NCBI GenBank assembly: GCA_963737265.1
Contig: CAVTRY010000022.1
Coordinates: forward strand, 320,001 to 384,000
Direction: 5' to 3'
Source of the DNA: an uncultured delta proteobacterium
GTDB lineage: Bacteria > Myxococcota_A > Polyangia > Fen-1088
DNA length: 64,000 nt
A program made the position numbers and the translations under genes. The notes under the pieces were generated by a model, which did no database searches, was not told the DNA's origin, and saw nothing but the letters and a program-made list of their open reading frames with translations. Of this stretch, positions 1 through 10,321 are shown one piece after another (positions within the stretch are counted from its first letter, which is position 1; every line of letters begins with the position of its first letter).

Positions 1-1167
1 CCAGCGCGAGCGCGCCAGCGCCCAAATTCGGGCAAAGCCCAGGCCGGCGGCGATCGCCAGCATAAGATCGGACTGAATGCAGAACCGGTCGAGTATGGTC
101 AGATACAGCGCCTTCGCCGTCGACAGATTGGACAGCGCACAGAAGCCGAAGACGTACGCGCACAGGACCGTGCCTAAGACATAGACTGGCCGCTCCTCCC
201 GACGATCTTTTGCGCCCAAGTAGAAGCCGGCGAGCGCCAAAAACGGGCCGATCCACAGCAAGCGCGGAAATGCGCGACCCCACATGTGCCAAAGCGTGGG
301 GAAGAACGTGCCTTCGTCGATGAAGGCGCTGCCCCTGTTTGCCTGACCCATGCTGAAGGTTCCGTAGTCGCGCCGTAGGATGTGTCCTAGTAGCCCGCCG
401 AGGGTGGTCTGGTCGCCCCAAGAAACCGCAGCCGAAGATCGCGATGCCATCATGAGGTAGGCGTAGGGTAGGAGCCCGAGAAGCCCGAGGGCCAAGGCCA
501 AGGCGACACCACCCACACCGAGGTTGCGCCTCGCCACCCACAGCGATCGCAACACCAGCGGCGCCCCCACGAACACGAAGGTGTGGTGGTTGCACATGGC
601 CAGCCCAGCGACAAACGTCAGCCCAAGGACAAAGCGGCGGTTTGCGGTGCGCTCGACGCAAAGCCAGAGCAAGAAGGCCAGCGCCACGAACATTGCGTTC
701 AGCCCAAACACCTCGGCCGACGTGGCATGCAACCACACGACGGAGTCGGTGCCGAAGAGCGCTGCCGCCACCAGACCAGCGGTGGCGTTGCGCGCCCACA
801 GCCGAACCACCGCACACGCCAGCCCGCCCGCCGCCGCGGTCGACGCGGCGGAAAAGAGGTTCACACGCCAGGCGGGAGAATGTCCGAGCGGAAGCGCGGC
901 GAACAGGCGCGCGAGCATCGCGAAAATTGGGTAGCCCGGCGGATGCGGCACACCGCCGCTAAGCGCCGCTGTCGTAAGCTCGCCGCTGTCGCCGCCCACG
1001 ACCGACGGCGCGAGCGTTGCGACGTAGAGGACAAGCAGACCTGCGAACGCGAGCGCAGGGCCGATCCAGGCGCGAGCGTCGAGAAAGGAGCGTGCGTCCG
1101 GCGCAACGAGCTGCGCCAGCGCCGAAGCATCCCTCGGCTTTCCCCGCGGCGCTCTGCGCTTGCCCAT
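1..1167 (-). CDS. DUF2723 / TMEM260-like GT-C membrane glycosyltransferase (3' end runs off window)
   Basis: My translation from ATG at 1167 (not in the ORF track): MGKRRAPRGK...LYVATLAPSVVGGDSGELTTAALSGGVPHPPGYP...SAEVFGLN...NHHT...WGD. GDSGE and HPPGYP motifs are typical of DUF2723; many TM segments; open to base 1. Confidence 0.8.
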   Translation of the reverse strand, partial: MGKRRAPRGKPRDASALAQLVAPDARSFLDARAWIGPALAFAGLLVLYVATLAPSVVGGDSGELTTAALSGGVPHPPGYPIFAMLARLFAALPLGHSPAWRVNLFSAASTAAAGGLACAVVRLWARNATAGLVAAALFGTDSVVWLHATSAEVFGLNAMFVALAFLLWLCVERTANRRFVLGLTFVAGLAMCNHHTFVFVGAPLVLRSLWVARRNLGVGGVALALALGLLGLLPYAYLMMASRSSAAVSWGDQTTLGGLLGHILRRDYGTFSMGQANRGSAFIDEGTFFPTLWHMWGRAFPRLLWIGPFLALAGFYLGAKDRREERPVYVLGTVLCAYVFGFCALSNLSTAKALYLTILDRFCIQSDLMLAIAAGLGFARIWALARSRW

Positions 1168-1170
1168 GAG

Positions 1171-1656
1171 CTAGTTCGACGTGAAGACCGCGCTGCCCAG
1201 GCGCTCGGCCAGCGCGCGCGGGGTGACGCCTTCGTGGTTGGCGAGATCGGCGTTGGCACCGTTGTCGAGCAGGCAACGCACGACTTCGTCGCGGCCACGC
1301 GCCGAGGCGATCGCCCGCCACAGCACCGAGTTGCCGTCTTCGTCGACGGCGTTCACATCCGCGCCCTTGCCGACAAGGATCTGCGCGATCTCGGGCAGGT
1401 ATTCTTGGGCGGCGAAATGCAGCGGCGTGAAGCCGTGGCTGTCCTTGGCGTTTAGATCGGCGCGCGATTCGATGAGCAACCCCACCAGGCCGACGCTGCT
1501 GCCGAGGACGGCTTGGTGAAGAGGGGCACGCAGATCCTCGTCGCGCGCGTTCGGATTCAAACCCTTGGCAAGCAGCTCGCGTACCTTGACGAAGTCGCAC
1601 ACGAACGCGGCTTCGCACATTTGAGTGTCGAGATCCTTCGGCTTGGCGGTGTCCAC
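1171..1656 (-). CDS. Ankyrin repeat protein
   Basis: Repeated ankyrin motifs (APLHQAV, GFTPLHFAA, GADVNAVDEDGNSVLWRA, GANADLANHEGVTP). Confidence 0.9.
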   Translation of the reverse strand: MDTAKPKDLDTQMCEAAFVCDFVKVRELLAKGLNPNARDEDLRAPLHQAVLGSSVGLVGLLIESRADLNAKDSHGFTPLHFAAQEYLPEIAQILVGKGADVNAVDEDGNSVLWRAIASARGRDEVVRCLLDNGANADLANHEGVTPRALAERLGSAVFTSN

Positions 1657-1731
1657 GGGTTGTTATTACCAGGAGGCGAGAATCCTCACCACTGGTCCGC
1701 GCGGCCGAAGGGTGTTCTAAGATACTTGGCG

Positions 1732-2310
1732 ATGTCCATGTTCCTCGCCATTGCCGCAGCGTTCCTTGTCGGCTCGGTCCCGACCGGCGTGATCGCCGCG
1801 CGATTCAAGGGGGTGGATCTGCGTAAGGTAGGAAGCGGCAATATCGGCGCGACCAATGTGGGCCGTGCCCTGGGAAAGAAATGGGCGCTGCTGGTGCTCC
1901 TCGCGGATGCGAGCAAAGGGGCTTTGCCCGTGTTGTTTCTGGAACATGCGAGCAGGGACCCATGGCTGCCGGCGCTTGGCGGACTTGCGGCGGTGCTCGG
2001 CCAGGTGTTTTCGATTTTCCTCGGCGGGCGCGGCGGCAAAGGCGTCGCCACCTCGCTTGGCGCAGGCTTGGCGCTGGCGCCGCTGCCCGCGCTGGCGTGC
2101 GGTGGAGTGTTCGCGATCCTGTTTGCGCTGTTCCACATCGCCTCCATCGGCTCGCTCGCGGCCGTGACAACTTTTCCCGCATTCTTGTGGCTGTTCGAGC
2201 TCGGCACGGTGCCTCGCCTCACCTTTGCCGGCGCGGTCGCGGTCGTGGTCATCACACGCCACAAGGACAACCTCGGCCGCCTCCTGCGTGGCCAAGAACA
2301 TCGCGCCTGA
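1732..2310 (+). CDS. plsY: Glycerol-3-phosphate acyltransferase PlsY
   Basis: GSVPTG, DLRKVGSGNIGATNVGR, DASKG, GGKGVAT and RHKDNLGRL motifs; start placed at ATG 1732 inside ORF 1513..2310. Confidence 0.93.
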   Translation: MSMFLAIAAAFLVGSVPTGVIAARFKGVDLRKVGSGNIGATNVGRALGKKWALLVLLADASKGALPVLFLEHASRDPWLPALGGLAAVLGQVFSIFLGGRGGKGVATSLGAGLALAPLPALACGGVFAILFALFHIASIGSLAAVTTFPAFLWLFELGTVPRLTFAGAVAVVVITRHKDNLGRLLRGQEHRA

Positions 2311-2365
2311 GCCGCGCCCATTCTCGCCGTTGCACCCGCTGCACGGGAATGGCAGTGTGCGTGCC

Positions 2366-2695
2366 ATGCCCAGCACCATTCCCTCGGAATTCGCCGACGT
2401 CACCGCGGTCGCCAAGGCCAACGTCTACTTCGGTGGCAAGGTTGTCAGCCACACCCTCAAGTTCGCCGACGGATCAAAGAAGACCCTCGGATTGATCTAC
2501 GCCGGCGAATTCCATTTCAACACCGACGCCCCTGAAAATATGGAAATCGTTGCCGGCCAGTGCCAGGTGAAGCTCGACGGCGGCGACGCGTGGCAGAGCT
2601 ACGGCGCAGGCACGCTCTTTCGCGTTCCCGGCAAGAGCGGTTTTTCCATTGTCGTGAGCGACGGCATCGCCGAATACATCTGTTCGTTCGAGTAG
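2366..2695 (+). CDS. ppnP: Pyrimidine/purine nucleoside phosphorylase (YaiE/PpnP cupin)
   Basis: KANVYFGGKVVSH...KTLGLI...FNTDAPENMEIVAG...FRVPGKSGF...EYICSF is characteristic of PpnP; ATG 2366. Confidence 0.88.
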   Translation: MPSTIPSEFADVTAVAKANVYFGGKVVSHTLKFADGSKKTLGLIYAGEFHFNTDAPENMEIVAGQCQVKLDGGDAWQSYGAGTLFRVPGKSGFSIVVSDGIAEYICSFE

Positions 2696-2710
2696 CCGCG
2701 GTAGGCGCGC

Positions 2711-3664
2711 TCAATGCATGGGCGGCGCCGCGCGCATGCCGGCGTCGCGCAGGAGCTTCTGATCCGCGTCCAGCTCGGGATTGCCGGTAACGAGGAGCTT
2801 CTCGCCGTAAAAGATGGAGTTCGCGCCCGCGAGAAAACACATCACCTGGGCTTCGCGTGACAGCGAGGCGCGGCCGGCGGAAAGGCGAACCTGCGTCGTC
2901 GGCATCACGATGCGCGCGGTGGCGATCATGCGTACCATCTCCAGCGGATCGAGCGGCGGTTGGTTGGCGAGCGGCGTGCCCTTCACCGGCACCAAGCCAT
3001 TGATGGGCACGCTTTCGGGGTGCGGGTCGAGGTTGGCCAGTGTCACCAGCATGGCGCAGCGGTCGTCGATGGATTCGCCCATGCCAATAATGCCGCCACT
3101 GCACACCTTCATGCCCGCCTTGCGCACACGCGCCAAGGTGGCCAGGCGATCGTCATAAGTGCGTGTCGAGACGATGGAGCCGTAGAACTCGCGGGACGTG
3201 TCGACGTTGTGGTTGTACACGGTCAACCCAGCGTCGGCGAGCCGCCTGGCCTGTTCGTCGTTGAGCATGCCGAGGGTGATGCACGCTTCCATGCCCAGTC
3301 CGCGCACGGCTCGGACCATTTTCAAGACGTCTTCGAAGGCTTCTCCGTTTGGAGCATTTCTGCCCGCGCTGCCCATGCAGAAGCGCGTCGCACCCGCGGA
3401 CTGCGCCCGTGTTGCGGCCTTAACTACCTCAGCCAGGGTCATCATTCTTTGCCGCTCTACGCCGGTGGCGTAGTGGCTGGACTGCGGGCAGTAGGAACAG
3501 TCTTCGGGGCAGCCGCCGGTTTTCACCGAGAGGAGCGAGCACAATTGCACCTCGTTCGGTTTGTGGTGCTCGCGGTGCACGAGCTGCGCGCGGAAAATGA
3601 GCTCGGGCAGCGGTAGATCGTGGATCGCTCGCAGGTCGGAAACTGAGTACGTGGGCCGTGTCAC
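2711..3664 (-). CDS. bioB: Biotin synthase (radical SAM)
   Basis: [15 protein letters not shown] (CxxxCxxC), [44 protein letters not shown]. Confidence 0.97.
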   Translation of the reverse strand: MTRPTYSVSDLRAIHDLPLPELIFRAQLVHREHHKPNEVQLCSLLSVKTGGCPEDCSYCPQSSHYATGVERQRMMTLAEVVKAATRAQSAGATRFCMGSAGRNAPNGEAFEDVLKMVRAVRGLGMEACITLGMLNDEQARRLADAGLTVYNHNVDTSREFYGSIVSTRTYDDRLATLARVRKAGMKVCSGGIIGMGESIDDRCAMLVTLANLDPHPESVPINGLVPVKGTPLANQPPLDPLEMVRMIATARIVMPTTQVRLSAGRASLSREAQVMCFLAGANSIFYGEKLLVTGNPELDADQKLLRDAGMRAAPPMH

Positions 3665-3674
3665 GGTCCTTGTC

Positions 3675-4757
3675 TTAGTTTATTTTTCGCAGGACCACCA
3701 GGACGCGCAGGGTCAGGCCTATGGCTTCGATGACTTCCTTGGGGTCCTTGGTGCTCTTCGTCGACGCTTTCGCTGGCGAGCGCGACAGGGCGCTGTCGCC
3801 CTTGACCGGCGTTCCGGGATACCACAGGCCGTCCTTGGCCTGACGCCCGCGCAGATAGGCCTCGGCCGTGCGTACGCCAGAATTCTCCTTGCCGAGCCCG
3901 ATGCTGGTAATCGTGTCGAGCGCATCGAGGGCATCGGTGTAGAAGCGCGGCTCTGTCAGGATCTCCCAGTACGACGGCGCTTTGCGATCCTCGTAGCGAT
4001 CGGGTTGCAAGAAACGGGTGGCGAGGAGCTCCGCGGCCCGGCGTGCCTCGCGCGAACCGCGCCGATCTTTCGACGAGGCGAAAGAGCGCAGGACCATTCC
4101 GGTGATGAGATGGCTCGACGGTCGCGCGGCCGAGTCGGTACGCACACCGCGCCACGCCCAGCCGCCGTCGTCCTGGCGCAAAGACAGCAGGTACTGAAAT
4201 CCCTTCTCGACCCTAGCTTCCGCCTCAAACCCAGCGCGGCACAGGGCGGACAGCGCCCAGCCCTGAAAATGAAGGGCGACAACCTTGCTGCGTCCCTTGG
4301 GATTGTCCGATAACGCCAGATCGCCGATGCTGCCATCGCTCTCCTGTGAGGAGAGGATGAAATCCGCGATCTTGGTGAGCGGCTTGGCAACGGTGCTATC
4401 ACCCACCGCACGTAGGCCGAGGTCGGCCAAACGGTCGAGCGCGCGGATGGTGGCCAGGCAGAGTGCGAACTTAGGGCTGCCAAGTTCCTTGTCGCTTGCG
4501 CGAGGAGCAAAGCTGCCATCCTTTTCCATCTTCTTTACCAGCGACTTCACCTCGGGATACTCGGCGACTTCATCCGGTGTAGGCGCTTCGCTGTCGTCGA
4601 TGAGATCCCGACGTACACGAGCGAGAACGCTGGGCGCTCCTTCGCGCAAAAGGCGCGGAATCGGATCGCTGGCCAGGCGCGCACGCCAGCCCGACAGGGC
4701 CCGGGGCGGCGGGGAGGCCGGTGGTGGGGGAGGTGGAAACAAACTCGGACGGTTCAT
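3675..4757 (-). CDS. Hypothetical protein with prenyltransferase/squalene-oxidase-like (alpha/alpha barrel) repeats
   Basis: Repeated 'Q-x-x-DG(G/S/L)(W/I)' motifs ([29 protein letters not shown]); start at MNRPS (4757) assumed. Confidence 0.6.
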   Translation of the reverse strand: MNRPSLFPPPPPPASPPPRALSGWRARLASDPIPRLLREGAPSVLARVRRDLIDDSEAPTPDEVAEYPEVKSLVKKMEKDGSFAPRASDKELGSPKFALCLATIRALDRLADLGLRAVGDSTVAKPLTKIADFILSSQESDGSIGDLALSDNPKGRSKVVALHFQGWALSALCRAGFEAEARVEKGFQYLLSLRQDDGGWAWRGVRTDSAARPSSHLITGMVLRSFASSKDRRGSREARRAAELLATRFLQPDRYEDRKAPSYWEILTEPRFYTDALDALDTITSIGLGKENSGVRTAEAYLRGRQAKDGLWYPGTPVKGDSALSRSPAKASTKSTKDPKEVIEAIGLTLRVLVVLRKIN

Positions 4758-5002
4758 GTCGGCTGCCAAGGTAGGGTCATTATATAGACTCAAGGGCTCC
4801 GCGTCCGGTGATCTTGGTCGAGCTCGGCAGGTTGAACCAGTCAGGACAGGGCAAAGTGGCCCAGATCTAACCATATTGCGCTATGCATTTCTTGCGCCCG
4901 ATCATGGCCACATCGCCGGTCCCACCAACTTGGCCTGGCAAGCCCAGGGCAGGAGCGGTACAACATGGAACCGGCAATTCTTTGCCCGTGTGGGACCGAG
5001 CG

Positions 5003-5524
5003 ATGGACGACACCGAACGACCGTCAAAAAGACACGCCTTCCTCGCATTTCTTGGGGATGCGTGGGCCTCGCTTCATTTGGATGCTCGAAGGCCTGGTGT
5101 GGTTGTACCCGCACCGTTCTCGTCCCAGGCACATCTGGTGCTGCAATATGGGCGCAACATGCCGATTCCGATCGACGCTCTCGAGGTCACCGATGCCGGC
5201 GTGAGTGCGACGCTTTCGTTCTCGCGGGTTCCGCATCGAACGTACATTCCCTGGTCCGCGGTTTACGCAATCACCAGCACCAATGGCGGCGGCGCGCTCT
5301 ATCAGGAAGACATTCCCCCGGACGTCGCACTCGCCACGCCCCTCGTCGGAGAAATGATGGATCTGCCGATGAAGAAACTTGGCGTCGAGTCGCTGGATGC
5401 GACCCTGCAGGCACCAGAGCCGTGGTTGCGAGCTGTTCCCGCCGAAGAGGAAATCGCCTCCGAAGGGTTGGCCATGCACCTCCACACGCGACGGCGTCGG
5501 CCGCAGTTGCGCGTGGTCAAATAG
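5003..5524 (+). CDS. sspB: ClpXP adaptor SspB-like protein
   Basis: LHLDARRPGVVVP...LVLQYG...IPIDALEVTDAGVSATLSFSR...IPWSAVYAI and C-terminal RPQLRVVK ClpX-docking-like tail. Confidence 0.78.
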   Translation: MDDTERPSKRHAFLAFLGDAWASLHLDARRPGVVVPAPFSSQAHLVLQYGRNMPIPIDALEVTDAGVSATLSFSRVPHRTYIPWSAVYAITSTNGGGALYQEDIPPDVALATPLVGEMMDLPMKKLGVESLDATLQAPEPWLRAVPAEEEIASEGLAMHLHTRRRRPQLRVVK

Positions 5525-5629
5525 CCAGATCCGACGGGAGCGCGTTTTTGCCGAAACATGGCCGCTCTTCTGACGGGCGGAACTAGTCCTTGACGGGAAA
5601 CCGCCAGGGGACAAAGATCCCGACGCTCC

Positions 5630-6292
5630 ATGCCCAACGCTGATGTATTTGTCGCCGACCTCGAAGCCAAGAATCAGGAATCCTTTCGCGGACTGCTGGC
5701 CTCCAGTTACTTGCCTGCCCTCGCCGTGGACGGCGTCGCGGTCCCAGACATGCTGCGCCTGGAATCGAAGCTGGTCATCGAAGCCATCGAGTCGGCGGCT
5801 ATTTGGATCGTGGATACCGAATCCCTGGAAATGAAGATCCTGCTGGCCGTGCAATGTGGGGCGCACGCTCGCCACTACCTTGGCCTGCAAGATCGGCTTT
5901 CGATTCTGGGCTTGGCGCCTGGGTCGTACGATCCACGGCACGGCGGCTATTCCAAGCTGTTCGCGTTCCTGCGCTCGCTGCAAACCAGCGAGGAACGCGC
6001 CGCCGCCGGCCTGCTGACCCTGGGCGGCGCCAGCGTCGCGCGGCTCGGTGCCCTGGCGGCGTTCTGCGAGGAAAAGGGCGATGCGGATACCAGGGACTTC
6101 CTGCGTGGCGAGCTGATCCCGGACGAGCAGCATCGGGTGGATGAAGGACGGGACAAGCTCGTGTTGCTCGCCACGGCCGAGGACAGCCAGGCACGCGCCC
6201 GGCGCGCAATCTACAAGACCGTCGAGCTTTTGGGCGAGCTCCACGAACCAGGAGCAATCCGGCGCACGCTCGGGCGCGCGGCTCGCAAGTGA
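5630..6292 (+). CDS. Ferritin-like domain protein (degenerate metal ligands)
   Basis: Helical four-helix-bundle pattern EAIESAAIW...QCGAHARHY...IPDEQH; only the second ExxH-type motif is retained. Confidence 0.55.
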   Translation: MPNADVFVADLEAKNQESFRGLLASSYLPALAVDGVAVPDMLRLESKLVIEAIESAAIWIVDTESLEMKILLAVQCGAHARHYLGLQDRLSILGLAPGSYDPRHGGYSKLFAFLRSLQTSEERAAAGLLTLGGASVARLGALAAFCEEKGDADTRDFLRGELIPDEQHRVDEGRDKLVLLATAEDSQARARRAIYKTVELLGELHEPGAIRRTLGRAARK

Positions 6293-6313
6293 TTCCGTCC
6301 GAGCGAGACTCGG

Positions 6314-7075
6314 CTAAATGGCGTCGCAAACCACGACGGTGATGTTGTCGCGGCCGCCGCGCTCATTGGCGAGCTCGATAAGCCGGTTGGCCACGCCCTC
6401 GCGCTCGCCCTGAAGCAGTTCGTCGACCTCCCCGTCGACGAGGTAACCGTGCAGTCCGTCTGAGCACAGCATGAAGCGATCGCCTGGCCGCACTTCCAGA
6501 TCGAGGGTGTCCACCTCGACGTAGTCCTGGTGTCCAACGGCGCGGGTAATGACGTTCTTGCCCGGCGAATTGGCGGCTTCCTCGGCCGTGATGAGCCCAA
6601 GCTTCAGCCTGAAATTCACCAGCGTGTGGTCCTCGGTGAGCTGGGCCGCCTTGCCGTCGCGGGATAGGTAGACTCGGCTGTCGCCGACCTGAGCGATGAA
6701 GGCAGTGTTGGCGCTGATGAGAAGCGACGACAGCGTGCTCGACATACCTTTTTGCCGCGGATCGAGCTGGCCCATGCCGAAGACCATGTAGCACGCCGAT
6801 TGCACGGCGCTTTCCAGCAGGCGGCGCACCAGTCCGGAATTCTCGGGTGTCGGGTCGCCGACATGGGTATTGAGCGTCTTGCGCCAGCGCTTGACCCACG
6901 AATGCACGAGGTCGACCGATTCGGCGCTGGCGACCTCGCCCTTGGCGTTGCCGCCCACGCCATCGGCGACGATGTAGAGGCCAAGCTCGTCGTCAAAGAG
7001 CAAGCTATCCTCGTTGTGTGGCCGTCTTCGGCCCACATCCGTCTTCCCAGACGACAGAGTACGCATGCGAATCAA
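6314..7075 (-). CDS. PP2C-family Ser/Thr protein phosphatase
   Basis: TDVGRRRPHNEDS, VADGVGG, QVGDSRVY, LTEDHT, NVITRAVG, LCSDGL, GGRDNITVVV. Confidence 0.95.
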   Translation of the reverse strand: MIRMRTLSSGKTDVGRRRPHNEDSLLFDDELGLYIVADGVGGNAKGEVASAESVDLVHSWVKRWRKTLNTHVGDPTPENSGLVRRLLESAVQSACYMVFGMGQLDPRQKGMSSTLSSLLISANTAFIAQVGDSRVYLSRDGKAAQLTEDHTLVNFRLKLGLITAEEAANSPGKNVITRAVGHQDYVEVDTLDLEVRPGDRFMLCSDGLHGYLVDGEVDELLQGEREGVANRLIELANERGGRDNITVVVCDAI

Positions 7076-7159
7076 ATCATGGTACTACGGAATCTCCGCC
7101 TCCGCACCCGGGGGAACGAGGTTCTTTGTGACCCGACAACGTGCTACACTAGGGATCTG

Positions 7160-9322
7160 ATGCCGGTCGAGGGAAAGCAGGCTGCATTTCCCTCGCAGTT
7201 CGGGCGCTACACCTTGGTTGAGCGCCTCGCAACTGGGGGAATGGCGGAGGTCTTCAAGGCGAAGATTCTCTCGACTCACGGCTTCGAGAAGCTTCTCGTC
7301 ATCAAGCGCATCCTGCCCAATCTGGCGGCGGACAAGACCTTCGTCTCGATGTTCATCGACGAGGCCAAGCTGACCGCGCAGCTCGTCCATCCCAAGATCG
7401 TGCAGGTCACGGATTTCGGCGAGGAGGGCGGCCAGTATTTCATCGCACTCGAATTCATCGACGGCTTCGACGGCTTGGCCTTGCTGCGCGCCGCGGCCCA
7501 GAAGCACGTACGCTTGCCCGCCCCCATCTGCATGTTCGTGGCGATGGAGGTGCTCGACGCCCTCGACTACGCCCACAACGCCAAAGACGGCGACGGCAAG
7601 CCCATGCACCTCGTCCATCGCGACATCTCGCCGTCCAACGTCTTTATCGCCCGACGCGGCGACGTGAAGCTGGGCGACTTCGGCATCGCGCACGCGAAGG
7701 AACGAGAGTCCAAGACCCAGGCCGGCACGCTCAAGGGCAAGTACGGATACATGTCGCCCGAGCAGGTCACCGGCGCCAAACTCGACGGGCGCAGCGACAT
7801 CTTCGCGGTCGGTATCGTGCTGGCCGAAATGTTGATGGGCAAGCGCCTGTTTACGGCGCCCAACGACCTCGACGTGCTGCTCATGGTGCGCGACGCACGC
7901 CTCGAACGCTGGGACAAGTATGGCAAGGAAATCCCTCGCCGCCTGGACGCCATCGTTCGCAAAGCACTGGCCAAGAACCTCGACGATCGCTATCAGAGTG
8001 CGGCCGATTTTCGCTCCGCGCTCGACGATCTTCAGTTCCAGTTCGGCATGCGCGTGGGCCCCGCCGACATCGGCGTGCTCGCCGCCGATCTTTTCGACAC
8101 CAGCTCGCATGCCGCAGAGCGATTGAAGGAGCACGGGAACAAGTGGGACATTCGATCGCAAGTGTCGGAGGCTCCGGCGTCGCCATCGCGCTCGGGTGGC
8201 ACGCCGCCGCCGCGGATTCCGTCCGACAATCGGGATGGGCGCTCGCCCCGTGCGGTCCCCAAGTCGGGTCCGGTGGGCACGGTGGTGGTGACCGCTTTGG
8301 ACGACGCCCTGTCGGGTTCGGTATCGCTCGTGGGTCTGGACCAGTATGAAACGCAGTCGAACCGAGCGAGCGCTCCGTCCTCGGCCTGGTCACCGTCGCC
8401 GGGCGATGCGCTGGGCGGGCCCAGGCTGCGCGCACCCGAAGGGCCTGGACGCCCGCCCACGCACAGGAGCGGTCTGCGCTCATTTCCGGGTGCGGCTGTG
8501 GGATTTGCCAGCCTCGATCAGGACGAGGCCGAGGATATCAACGTCGAAGGCGACCCCTCGGGTGATTCGAACGCCTCCGTGGCGATTCCGCCGCCTGTCG
8601 CCGGTGCGATTCCCGACAACTCAGGCGAGCTCTCCCTCATCTCGCCCATGCGTGCCATCGCCGATCTAGCGGTCGCGGCGGACACGGGTGTCATCCGCTT
8701 TCAAAAAGGGCAGCACATCAAGGACGTCTTCCTGGTTCGTGGCGCGCCCGAATCGGTGAACTCGAACATGAGCGGCGACCGATTTGGGGAGTACCTGGTC
8801 ACGCGCGGATTTTTGCGCTCGGCCGACCTGGAGCGCGCCATGGATGAGCTTCCGCGCTACGGCAACAAGTTTGGTGAATCGCTGGTGGGGCTTGGTTTCA
8901 TGCGCCCGCTTGACGTTTTTCGCCTACTTTCCCAGCATGTGCGCGAGCGTGTGATGGAGCTTTTCACCTGGACCGAGGGTAGTTTCGACTACTACCGCGG
9001 CTTGCGCAATCCGGTAGACGCTTTTCCCCTTGGCCTCAGCAGCTTCGAGATTCTGGGTGCCGGCGTGGTGACCTTGAGCTACGAGCTGCTGTCAGCCCAC
9101 TTCGAGACGTTGATGGACTTCCACCCGCGCGCCATGCCCAACCCGCGTATCAATCCCGAGGCCTTTCGCCTCGGGCCCACGCCGCGCGAGGTGCTCGGCT
9201 TTCTCGACGGTAGCCTCACCTTGCGCGGCTGGGCGGAGCGCTTCGGATCGCCGGACGAGCTTTTGACCTTCTATCGCACGCTCTACCTTCTGGTGGAGAG
9301 CAGCATGGCCCAGTTCGAATAG
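7160..9322 (+). CDS. Ser/Thr protein kinase with C-terminal DUF4388-like/MshEN-like domain
   Basis: LATGGMAEVF, VIKRI, HRDISPSN, KLGDFGIA, GKYGYMSPEQ, SDIFAVG; C-terminal RFGEYLVTRGFL...KFGESLVGLGFM repeats; ATG 7160. Confidence 0.92.
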   Translation: MPVEGKQAAFPSQFGRYTLVERLATGGMAEVFKAKILSTHGFEKLLVIKRILPNLAADKTFVSMFIDEAKLTAQLVHPKIVQVTDFGEEGGQYFIALEFIDGFDGLALLRAAAQKHVRLPAPICMFVAMEVLDALDYAHNAKDGDGKPMHLVHRDISPSNVFIARRGDVKLGDFGIAHAKERESKTQAGTLKGKYGYMSPEQVTGAKLDGRSDIFAVGIVLAEMLMGKRLFTAPNDLDVLLMVRDARLERWDKYGKEIPRRLDAIVRKALAKNLDDRYQSAADFRSALDDLQFQFGMRVGPADIGVLAADLFDTSSHAAERLKEHGNKWDIRSQVSEAPASPSRSGGTPPPRIPSDNRDGRSPRAVPKSGPVGTVVVTALDDALSGSVSLVGLDQYETQSNRASAPSSAWSPSPGDALGGPRLRAPEGPGRPPTHRSGLRSFPGAAVGFASLDQDEAEDINVEGDPSGDSNASVAIPPPVAGAIPDNSGELSLISPMRAIADLAVAADTGVIRFQKGQHIKDVFLVRGAPESVNSNMSGDRFGEYLVTRGFLRSADLERAMDELPRYGNKFGESLVGLGFMRPLDVFRLLSQHVRERVMELFTWTEGSFDYYRGLRNPVDAFPLGLSSFEILGAGVVTLSYELLSAHFETLMDFHPRAMPNPRINPEAFRLGPTPREVLGFLDGSLTLRGWAERFGSPDELLTFYRTLYLLVESSMAQFE

Positions 9323-9335
9323 TCAGGCGAGGTGA

Positions 9336-10316
9336 TCAGAATCGCCGCCGGGCCCAGGCGGGCAAGGGCGCTTCGATGCGCAGCGGTTGTCCCGTGGTTG
9401 GGTGCACGAAGGACACGGCCCAAGCGTGGAGATGAAGATCCGCGTGCGCGTCTTGGTCGACCTGGCCGTAGATGGCGTCGCCCATTACCGGGATGCCGAG
9501 GTAGGCGAGGTGGGCGCGCACCTGGTGGGCTCGGCCGCGCGAAAGACGAGCTTCGACCAAGGCGGCGCCCGGGCGCGACTCTACCAGCGCAATTTCGCTG
9601 CGTGCGGCAAGCGGTTGCCGTCCCGCCGCGAGCTTCACCTTGCCGCCCCGCCGTCCTTGCCGGCCGATGGGAACCGTGACCACGAAGCTCGACGGTTGCC
9701 CGCCTGGGACGACGAATTCGAAAGACGCGTGGATGCTTGCGGCGGTCGGGAATTCGCCTTGAATCTCGGCGAAGTAGACCTTCTCGCAGAACGGACTGGC
9801 CAAGGCTTCGCGTAGGCGATACCAGGCTTCGCGGCTGCGCGCGGCCAGGAGCACGCCAGAGGTGGCAACGTCCAAGCGGTGTCCGAGGCCGCTCTCGCGT
9901 GCATCGGGTGACGCCCCGGCGCACTCGGGAAAACGCGCGATGAGGCCACTCGCGACCGTCGGACCTTCGCATGGGCGCAGCGGGTGCGAGGCGATCCCGG
10001 CGGGCTTGTGGACGGCCACGAATTCGTCGTCCAGGTAAAGCACCGTCAGGTCGAGCTCGGGCGTGGGCTTCAAGACGACAGCGATGGCCGGCTGGTCGCC
10101 GAGAGCCACCACGTCGCCCGACTGCACGTGTGTGCCTTTTCCTGCACCGCGGCCATTGACGGCGACGATTCCCGCTGCTAGGGCGCGGCGCGCGGCCGCC
10201 ACGCTGGGAACGACCTTGCGCCGGGCCAGGAACCCGTCGAGCCGCAGGCCCGCCTCGGCCGCTTCCACCACGAGTGCGGGCAGAGCAGTTTGTGCAGTGT
10301 CCTGGGGCGGTTCCAC
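9336..10316 (-). CDS. RluA/RluD-family RNA pseudouridine synthase
   Basis: S4-like RLDGFL N-terminus, VHKPAGIASHP, HRLDVATSGVLL, GRAHQVRAHL, GDAIYG, LHLHAW. Confidence 0.92.
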   Translation of the reverse strand: MEPPQDTAQTALPALVVEAAEAGLRLDGFLARRKVVPSVAAARRALAAGIVAVNGRGAGKGTHVQSGDVVALGDQPAIAVVLKPTPELDLTVLYLDDEFVAVHKPAGIASHPLRPCEGPTVASGLIARFPECAGASPDARESGLGHRLDVATSGVLLAARSREAWYRLREALASPFCEKVYFAEIQGEFPTAASIHASFEFVVPGGQPSSFVVTVPIGRQGRRGGKVKLAAGRQPLAARSEIALVESRPGAALVEARLSRGRAHQVRAHLAYLGIPVMGDAIYGQVDQDAHADLHLHAWAVSFVHPTTGQPLRIEAPLPAWARRRF

Positions 10317-10321
10317 GATGG

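Noticed and set aside
2350-2365. GG-N10-GC sigma54-like site before ppnP
   Set aside because: It ends 1 bp before the start codon, leaving no room for a transcription start.
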